A stretch of DNA of 64,000 nt from Spirochaetia bacterium (lineage in GTDB: Bacteria; Spirochaetota; Spirochaetia; SZUA-6; Bin103), in assembly GCA_965208575.1 (NCBI GenBank), contig CBDBOV010000005.1, forward strand, positions 864,001-928,000. The letters are read 5' to 3'. Position 1 is the first letter of the stretch, and the number at the start of each line of letters is the position of its first letter. The notes below the pieces were generated by a model, which made no database searches, had not been told where the DNA came from, and saw nothing but the letters and a program-made list of their open reading frames with translations. Shown piece by piece: positions 57,443 through 64,000 of the stretch. Position numbers and translations under genes: made by a program.

Positions 57443-58471
57443 GTGAGCCAAAAACAGAAGGTGATCCTCGACATCGCGTTCCGGCGCCTCGACGAGGTGT
57501 TTCATCCCGACGATCTGAACCACCTGCACGAGATTGCCGACGTGGTATGGGGGCGCGACGAGCCGATGCCGGAGGCGGAGTTCGAAGCCGCCAAGGGCGA
57601 CGCGTTCGCCATCGTCACCGGCCGGTGGCGTCATGGCGACGTGGCGGAGATGCCGAAACTGCGGGCGATCCTGGAGATGGCCGGGCGTCATCCGAGCCCG
57701 GCGCTGCTCGATTACCGGGCCTGCTTCGCGCGCAACATCCGCGTGCTCAGCGTGGCGCCGGCGTTCGGGCCGATGGTCGCGGAGGCGGCGCTGGCCATGG
57801 CGCTGGCCGCGGCGCGCGACGTGGTGTCGGGGTCGACGGCGTTTCAGACCGGTAGCGAGCAGTATCAGCACCGCGGCAACGAGGGCTGCTTCACCCTGTA
57901 CGACAAGACGGTGGGGCTGATCGGCTGCGGCAGCCTGGCGCGCAACCTGATGCCGCTGCTGGCGCCGTTCCGCTGCAAGCTGCTGGGCTACGACCCGTGG
58001 CTGTCAGACCGCTACCTGGCGCGGATGGGCGTGCAGCCGACGACGTTGGAGGCCCTCCTGGAGCAGGCGAGGGTGATCTTCGTGCTGGCCATTCCCTCCA
58101 GCGAGAACCGGGCGCTGCTCGACCGCTCGCTCCTGGAGCGGATTCAGCCCGGCGCCGTGCTGGCGCTGATGAGCCGGGCGCACGTGGTCGACTTCGACGC
58201 CCTGACCGAGCTGCTGTACGCGGGCCGCTTCAAAGCCGCCATCGACGTGTTCCCGAAGGAGCCGGTGCCGGCGGACCATCCGATCCGCCACGCGCCGGGG
58301 ACGGTACTGGCCGCCCACCGCGCCGGCACCGTGCGCGAGGACATGTGGGAGTTGGGCCGCATCGCCGTGAACGACCTGGAGGCGCTGCTGCAGGGGCTGC
58401 CGCCGCGCGAGATGCAGCCCGCCGACCCCGACATCGTGTTCCGTCACCCAGGCAACCGTTGGCGCAACTAA
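57443..58471 (+). CDS. D-isomer-specific 2-hydroxyacid dehydrogenase family
   Basis: VAE, GCGSLA, YDPW, SRA..VD, AIDVF..EP, HRAG. Confidence 0.87.
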   Translation: MSQKQKVILDIAFRRLDEVFHPDDLNHLHEIADVVWGRDEPMPEAEFEAAKGDAFAIVTGRWRHGDVAEMPKLRAILEMAGRHPSPALLDYRACFARNIRVLSVAPAFGPMVAEAALAMALAAARDVVSGSTAFQTGSEQYQHRGNEGCFTLYDKTVGLIGCGSLARNLMPLLAPFRCKLLGYDPWLSDRYLARMGVQPTTLEALLEQARVIFVLAIPSSENRALLDRSLLERIQPGAVLALMSRAHVVDFDALTELLYAGRFKAAIDVFPKEPVPADHPIRHAPGTVLAAHRAGTVREDMWELGRIAVNDLEALLQGLPPREMQPADPDIVFRHPGNRWRN

Positions 58472-58713
58472 ACACCGGCTGCACTTCGAGCAGTGAGTCT
58501 GTACGGTCACTCCGTGCCTTGGAAGACGATGAAAACCGATGCCCAAGCATCGCCCGCCGGCCCACTTTTTCGGACCAGGGACCCCGGCTGGCCGTGTTGC
58601 TCATAGCTCTCCTGCGGCCGATTTGCTCGTTCGATTCGCCTGTCCGGCCGGGCGCATCGTCGCCCCCCGTGCGGCGTCCTGTTCCACCACGGCCTGCCGG
58701 CGTGGTGGGCCGC

Positions 58714-59985
58714 ATGCGCGGCCACGCGCCTGTGGCCATGTTCGGCCTGTGTCTGCTGGCGGCATCTTCCGGCACGGCGGCCGCGCAGCCCGCCGGCGCG
58801 CCTTGGCCCGGCCCGCGGGTCGAGTGGGTGCGCGGCTACGGCGGATGGTACACCGAAGAGCACCCGCACACGGCGGTCGAGGCCGGCGACGGCGGCTTCG
58901 TGATCGTCGGCGAGACCACCGGCGGCGACACCAGCCGCATATTCGTGGTGCGGACCGACGAACACGGCCGTGAGTTGTTTGCGCGCTCGTACGGAGCGGG
59001 GCGGTACAACTTGGGCAACTCCGTGCTGGAGCTGCCGGACGACGGCTTCATGGTCGCCGGCTCCTGGGACGTGGGGTCCACGTCGATACAGGAGGACCGC
59101 GTGCTGCTGCGCCTCGCCCCCGACGGCGAAGTGCTGGACACGCGGACCTACCCGGCGCCGCGGCGCGACGCGATCGAGGGCCTGGCGTTGAACGCCGATG
59201 GGACCATGGTCGCGGTCGGCTACCGCGACGCGGACCAGGAAGAACTGAACTCGTTCATCGTGGACACCGGACGGGCCTTCGTCATGAAGCTCGACCGCGA
59301 TCTCGGCGTGGTCTGGGAGCGCGCCATTCGCGGCGCGATGTTCCAGGCGTTCGGCGTGCAGCCGCGCACCGACGCGCCGGGATACGCGGTATTCGGCGCC
59401 TGCCGCGGCAGTGGGGAGCAGACCCGGTTCTGCCTCAGCTTCACCGACGAGGACGGCGATGCCGCGCCGCCGATCATCTATGGCACGCGCACCTCGCACC
59501 CCTACGACTTCGATGCCGCGCACGGCGGCGGCTTCATCCTCACCGGGCACGTGTCGGGCTGCCCGGACGGCTGTTGGGACGGGTTCCTGGTGCGGGTCGA
59601 CGCCACCGGCCGCGAGCTGTGGAGCGTGTCGTTCGGCGAGCCCAACGGCGGCACCCCGGAGCGCATGTTCGAGGAGTGCTACGGCGTCCGCCGCGTTCCC
59701 GGCGGCGGTTACGTGACCGCGTGCGGCAGCGGCGTGGAGCCGGGCAACGAGGCGCGCCCCGCCGACCCCCTCAACACCTGGCGCGCCTACGTGGTGCGGG
59801 TTATGGAGGACGGAGCGATCCAGTGGCAGGCGAGCTACGGCTCCCCGCACACCAACAACGCCGCCGAATTCGTGCTGCCCACGCGGGACGGCGGCTACGC
59901 GGTGTTCGCCGACTCCGACCAGCACGGCGCCGGCGAGGGAGCCAACATCGCACTCTACAAGCTCGCCGGCGACCCGCCCCGCTGA
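58714..59985 (+). CDS. Secreted beta-propeller-like repeat protein
   Basis: Signal peptide (AAAQP); repeated DGGF..G / D..G..LW..xYG units. Confidence 0.65.
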   Translation: MRGHAPVAMFGLCLLAASSGTAAAQPAGAPWPGPRVEWVRGYGGWYTEEHPHTAVEAGDGGFVIVGETTGGDTSRIFVVRTDEHGRELFARSYGAGRYNLGNSVLELPDDGFMVAGSWDVGSTSIQEDRVLLRLAPDGEVLDTRTYPAPRRDAIEGLALNADGTMVAVGYRDADQEELNSFIVDTGRAFVMKLDRDLGVVWERAIRGAMFQAFGVQPRTDAPGYAVFGACRGSGEQTRFCLSFTDEDGDAAPPIIYGTRTSHPYDFDAAHGGGFILTGHVSGCPDGCWDGFLVRVDATGRELWSVSFGEPNGGTPERMFEECYGVRRVPGGGYVTACGSGVEPGNEARPADPLNTWRAYVVRVMEDGAIQWQASYGSPHTNNAAEFVLPTRDGGYAVFADSDQHGAGEGANIALYKLAGDPPR

Positions 59986-59987
59986 CC

Positions 59988-60200
59988 ATGGCTGATCACC
60001 GAGGATGGAACGAGACCCTGGTGGACAAGAGGGTCACCTACTGCGTCGAACTCGAAGGGCGCATCCATGCCATCGCAAATGCCCCTGCACGGGTGAGTGT
60101 TGAAACCGGCGAGAGTCACTTCTCTCCGGGGACCGTCGAACAGTTGCAGAGGATCGTACTCGAACTGCGTGGCGACAAGGAACGCATGGACGCTCTCTGA
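59988..60200 (+). CDS. YgiT/MqsA zinc-finger-like small protein, degenerate
   Basis: ETLVDKRVTY..NAPARVSVETGE..FSPGTVEQLQRI. Confidence 0.55.
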   Translation: MADHRGWNETLVDKRVTYCVELEGRIHAIANAPARVSVETGESHFSPGTVEQLQRIVLELRGDKERMDAL

Positions 60201-60289
60201 ACTGCTCCATGCCGGGATGGAACTGGGGCTCGGCGCGGGTTTCCGCAAACCGGCCGCTCCGGTGCGTGGTGGCGACGAAGAGCAGCGCT

Positions 60290-61270
60290 TCAGCGTTGTT
60301 TCCTGCGAGCCCGGCGGAGGAAGTCGTCCTCGTCGCGGCACTCCAGCGCGGCCTCTACCAGTGCCGCGGTGGAGACGCCCTGCAACTGCGCCAGGTGGCG
60401 GGGAAGCGCCGCCGAGACCGGCAGGCCGCGCGACCGCAGCACCTGCAGCACGGCTTCCTGCAGCATCGCGGTCCTGCCCTCCAGCCAGCCTTCGGTGCGA
60501 CCGGCGGCGCGACTCTCCTGGCGCTCAGCGCGCATCTGCGGGTCGTCGTCCGGCCCCGTGCCCGCTGTAGAGCCCAGCGCGCGCCCCACGCGCCGGAGCG
60601 CGGCCAGGGTGGCCTGCGACAACTCCGGCTCATTCAGCGCCCGGTGGATCTCCTGCGAAGTCCAGCCGGCGAAGGCGCGGCTGTGCTTCGCGGAGCGAAA
60701 CGCTCCGTCCTCCAGCAGGTAGATCGTCACGCCGGGGCGCAGGCCCGCCGGGCGGCTCGGGGAGGACTGCTCGGGCACCTCGACCCACACCTCCGGGAAG
60801 CCCCACGACTCGTACAGCGACAGCTTGCCACGGCGCACGTCGGTGGTGTTGTCCACCTCCAGCACCACGTCCGGCAGCGTGTCGGTGCACACTTCGATCC
60901 TCGCGCCCGGTGGCCGCGTGGTGCGCGGGTGCAGGTAGACGGTCTGATCGGCCTCCAGGATGCGCAGCCAGGCGCCTTGGGCATCGCGCAGCAGGAGGTC
61001 GGCGGCGCCGAACGTCTCGATCGGCGAGCCGCGCACCAGGGCGATGCGGGTGGCCAGTTCGCGCAGGCGCTGGCCCGGGTGCTCGTGGTAGACGCTGACC
61101 GGATCGCAAATCATGGCGGTCTCGGTGGCGGCGTCCCAGTACTCGATACGGCGCTCACAGCGCTCGATGTCGTCGCGCGCAATGTGCACCGCCCGGCAGC
61201 CGGGAAACTCCAAGGGCGGCGTCTCGCGCCTGACCGGGCGCGGCACGGCGGCGGCGCGGTACTCAGCCAT
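60290..61270 (-). CDS. Uma2/DUF820 family endonuclease (tandem copy A)
   Basis: EADQTVY, PDVVLEVDNT, LYESWGFPEVW. Confidence 0.82.
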   Translation of the reverse strand: MAEYRAAAVPRPVRRETPPLEFPGCRAVHIARDDIERCERRIEYWDAATETAMICDPVSVYHEHPGQRLRELATRIALVRGSPIETFGAADLLLRDAQGAWLRILEADQTVYLHPRTTRPPGARIEVCTDTLPDVVLEVDNTTDVRRGKLSLYESWGFPEVWVEVPEQSSPSRPAGLRPGVTIYLLEDGAFRSAKHSRAFAGWTSQEIHRALNEPELSQATLAALRRVGRALGSTAGTGPDDDPQMRAERQESRAAGRTEGWLEGRTAMLQEAVLQVLRSRGLPVSAALPRHLAQLQGVSTAALVEAALECRDEDDFLRRARRKQR

Positions 61271-61276
61271 GGCACC

Positions 61277-61327
61277 AGGATATCAGGATTCGACCGATCA
61301 TTCCACTAGACCCGGATGTGTCGGTCG
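61277..61327 (-). promoter_or_regulatory. Promoter plus hairpin of Uma2 copy A
   Basis: TGGAAT-N17-TATCCT-N6-ATG; CGACCGA..TCGGTCG stem. Confidence 0.55.
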
Positions 61328-62290
61328 TTGTATCCGGCGAGCCCGGCGGAGGAAGTCTTCCTCGTCGCGGCACGCCAGCGCCGCCTCTACCAGTGCCGCG
61401 GTGGAGACGCCCTGCAACCGCGCGAAGTGGGGTGGGAGTTCGGCCGAGACCGGCAGGCCGCGCGACCGCAGCACCTGCAGCACGGCTTCCCGCAGCATCT
61501 CCGTCCTGCCTTCCAGCCGGCCTTCGGCGCGGCTCTCCCGGCGCTCAGTGCGCATCTGTAGATCGTCGTCCGGCCCGGTGCCCGCGGCCGCGCCCAGCGC
61601 CCGCCCCACGCGGCGCAGCGCGGACAGGGTGGCCTGCGACAACTCCGGCTCATTCAACGCCCGGTGGATTTCCGCCGCCGTCCAGCCGGCAAAGGCGCGG
61701 CTGTGCGCGGCGGTGCGAAAGGCGCCGCCCTCCAGCAGGTAGATCGTCACGCCGGGACGCAGGCTCGCCGGGCGGCTCGGGGATGACTGTTCGGGCACCT
61801 CGACCCACACCTCCGGGAAGCCCCACGACTCGTACAGCGACAGCTTGCCGCGGCGCACGTCGGTGGTGTTGTCCACCTCCAGCACCACGTCCGGCAGCGT
61901 GTCGGTGCCCACTTCGATCCGGGCACCCGGGGGCCGCGTGGTGCGCGGGTGCAGGTAGACGGTCTGGTCCGCCTCCAGGATGCGCCGCCAGGCGCCGTCG
62001 GCATCGCGCAGCAGGAGGTCGGCGGCGCCGAACGTCTCGATCGGCGAGCCGCGCAACTGGGCGATGCGCGTGGCCAGCTCGCGCAGGCGCTGGCCCGGGT
62101 GTTCGTGGTAGACGCTGACCGGATCACAAATCATGGCGGTCTCGGTGGCGGCGTCCCAGTACTCGATGCGGCGTTCGCAGCGCTCGATGTCGGCGCGCGC
62201 AATGCGCACCGCCCGGCAGCCGGGAAACTCCAAGGGCGGCGTCTCGCGCCTGACCGGGCGCGGCACGGCGGCGGCGCGGTACTCAGCCAT
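61298..62290 (-). CDS. Uma2/DUF820 family endonuclease (tandem copy B)
   Basis: Near-identical to copy A; C-terminal extension PTHPGLVE. Confidence 0.82.
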   Translation of the reverse strand: MAEYRAAAVPRPVRRETPPLEFPGCRAVRIARADIERCERRIEYWDAATETAMICDPVSVYHEHPGQRLRELATRIAQLRGSPIETFGAADLLLRDADGAWRRILEADQTVYLHPRTTRPPGARIEVGTDTLPDVVLEVDNTTDVRRGKLSLYESWGFPEVWVEVPEQSSPSRPASLRPGVTIYLLEGGAFRTAAHSRAFAGWTAAEIHRALNEPELSQATLSALRRVGRALGAAAGTGPDDDLQMRTERRESRAEGRLEGRTEMLREAVLQVLRSRGLPVSAELPPHFARLQGVSTAALVEAALACRDEEDFLRRARRIQRPTHPGLVE

Positions 62291-62296
62291 GGCACC

Positions 62297-62348
62297 AGGA
62301 TATCAGAGTGCGACCGATCATTCCAGTAGACCTGAGTGTGTCGGTCGC
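62297..62348 (-). promoter_or_regulatory. Promoter plus hairpin of Uma2 copy B
   Basis: Same architecture as copy A; GCGACCGA..TCGGTCGC stem. Confidence 0.55.
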
Positions 62349-62406
62349 TGCCGCCGCCCGTGCTCGCCGGGCCGCCGTGGCAACGTCGGTGTCGGCTCTC
62401 GCGCTT

Positions 62407-64000
62407 TCACTTGCGCGGCGGGCGGCGCCGCGCGGGGGTGGTGCGCTTGGCGGGGCCGGAGCGCCTGGCGGCGGTGCGGCGTTTTGGGGCGGGGCCGCGC
62501 TCGCGGCGGAGGAGCAGGAGTTCGGCGGCGCGCTCGGGGGTGATGGTTTCGACTGAGTCGCCGGTGCGCAGCGAGGCGTTGGTTTCGCCGTCGGTGACGT
62601 AGGGGCCGAAGCGGCCCTCCTTGATCACCATTGGGCGGTCGGTTGCGGGGTCGTTGCCCAGTTCCTTCAGCGGCGCCTTGGCTGCCTGGGAGCGTCGGCG
62701 CTTGGGTTGCGCCAGGATTCGCTCGCACTGCTCCAGCGTGATCGTGAACAGCAGTTCCTCCGACTCCAGGGTGCGGTTGTCGTTGCCCTTCTTGATGTAG
62801 GGGCCGTAGCGGCCGTTTTGGGCGGTCACCGGGGTGCCGTCGGCGGCGGTGCCGACCACGCGCGGCAGCGACAACACTTTCAGGGCCTCGTCCAGGGTCA
62901 CGGTGTCCAGGCTCATGCTGGCCAGCAGCGACGCGGTCTTCGGTTTCTCCTTGGCCGTGCCGTCCGCTTCGCCAACCTGGACGTAGGGGCCGAACCTGCC
63001 GGCGCGGGCGATCACCGGCAGACCGCTGTCCGGGTCGGCGCCGAGCACCCGGTCGTCGCTGGGCGCCTGGATCAGCTCCAGCGCCCGCTCCAGCGTCAAC
63101 TCGTCGGGCGCGATCTCCGCCGGGACATTGGCGCGCGCCTCGCCGCGCTGCAGGTAGGTCCCGTAACGGCCGACGCGGACCACGATGCCGTCGCCGGCGT
63201 CATCGCCTTCACTGCCGCCGATCACCACCGAGTTGACGGCGCGGGCATCGATCTCGCCGAGCCGGTCCGACACCATCGCCTTCAGGCCGGGATCGCCGTT
63301 GCCGTCGACGCCGAAGTAAAAGCGGCGCAGCCACGGCAGCACCTCCTCGTCGCCGGTCGCTATGTTGTCGAGGTCATCCTCCATGCGCGCGGTGAACGCG
63401 TAATCCACGAGGTCGGAGAAGTGTCGCTCCAGCAGGTTCACCACCGAGAACGCGGTGAAGGTGGGAACCAGCGCGGTGCCCTTCTTCCACACGTAACCGC
63501 GGTCCTGAATGGTGGTCATGATGGTGGCGTAGGTGGAGGGGCGGCCGACGCCGAGCGTCTCCAGTTGGCGGACCAGCGACGCCTCGGTGAACCGCGCCGG
63601 CGGCTGGGTGGCGTGGCCGGCGGGCTCGATCGCGCGGGCGTCGACCGCGTCCCCTTCGGCCACGGCGGGCAACTGCCGCTCGCTGTCACTGTCGGGCCGC
63701 CGGTCGTTGGCGCCACGGTCGTCGTCGGCGCCCTCCGAGTAGACGCGGCGGAAGCCGTAGTGGGTGATGGTGGTGCCGGCGGCGGCGAACTCCGCCTCGC
63801 GCCCGTCGCCCGCCGTGCCGCCGACCCGGACGTGCACGGTGCTACCCACGGTATCGGTCATCTGCGACGCCACCGTGCGCTTCCAGATCAGGTCGTACAG
63901 CGCCGCCTCCTGGCGCGGCAGCGTGCGGCTCACTTCCTCCGGCGGGCGGAAGCGGTTGCCGGCGGGCCTGATCGCCTCGTGCGCTTCCTGCGCGTTCTTG
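62407..64000 (-). CDS. topA: DNA topoisomerase I, 3' part (5' end outside the window)
   Basis: AQEAHEAIRP, LYDLIWKRTVASQM, GVGRPSTYA, FTARMEDDLD, four GR(Y/F)G(P/T)Y C-terminal repeats and a basic tail. Confidence 0.96.
   Translation of the reverse strand, partial: KNAQEAHEAIRPAGNRFRPPEEVSRTLPRQEAALYDLIWKRTVASQMTDTVGSTVHVRVGGTAGDGREAEFAAAGTTITHYGFRRVYSEGADDDRGANDRRPDSDSERQLPAVAEGDAVDARAIEPAGHATQPPARFTEASLVRQLETLGVGRPSTYATIMTTIQDRGYVWKKGTALVPTFTAFSVVNLLERHFSDLVDYAFTARMEDDLDNIATGDEEVLPWLRRFYFGVDGNGDPGLKAMVSDRLGEIDARAVNSVVIGGSEGDDAGDGIVVRVGRYGTYLQRGEARANVPAEIAPDELTLERALELIQAPSDDRVLGADPDSGLPVIARAGRFGPYVQVGEADGTAKEKPKTASLLASMSLDTVTLDEALKVLSLPRVVGTAADGTPVTAQNGRYGPYIKKGNDNRTLESEELLFTITLEQCERILAQPKRRRSQAAKAPLKELGNDPATDRPMVIKEGRFGPYVTDGETNASLRTGDSVETITPERAAELLLLRRERGPAPKRRTAARRSGPAKRTTPARRRPPRK

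Noticed and set aside
61291-62348. Integron attC sites between the Uma2 genes
   Set aside because: No RYYYAAC/GTTRRRY ends and no integrase; the hairpins overlap promoters

Overview
GC-rich bacterial accessory region (roughly 65-70% GC by eye), ending in the 3' part of topA. No rRNA, tRNA, CRISPR array or prophage was seen. Main content: (i) five family-5 (peptide/nickel/oligosaccharide-type) ABC uptake modules made of a binding protein plus two permeases, and remnants of a sixth, with no ATPase subunit anywhere; (ii) catabolic enzymes (3 sulfatases, 4 PhyH-type dioxygenases, SDR, LLM oxidoreductase, dehydrogenases, 2 beta-propeller glycosidase-like proteins, kinases); (iii) two complete IS elements with target-site duplications (IS1634 family and IS3 family); (iv) three TA pairs, two with clearly damaged toxins and one with a possible lesion; (v) three Uma2/DUF820 nucleases; (vi) a GT2-GtrA plus PIG-B/Alg9-like glycosylation pair and a two-component system with a His-rich lipoprotein; (vii) many gene remnants, several fused at short microhomologies. 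Strongest unexplained signals: a stack of 83-bp echoes of a sulfatase 3' end that differ almost only at silent sites, with a matching echo behind the paralogous sulfatase; Uma2 nucleases with an Rpn-like variable linker and a conserved internal Met; and about a dozen leaderless TAnnnT-N5-7-start promoters. The family mix resembles sponge-symbiont-type genomes, but that is inference only. All calls come from reading motifs by eye; no database search was run.
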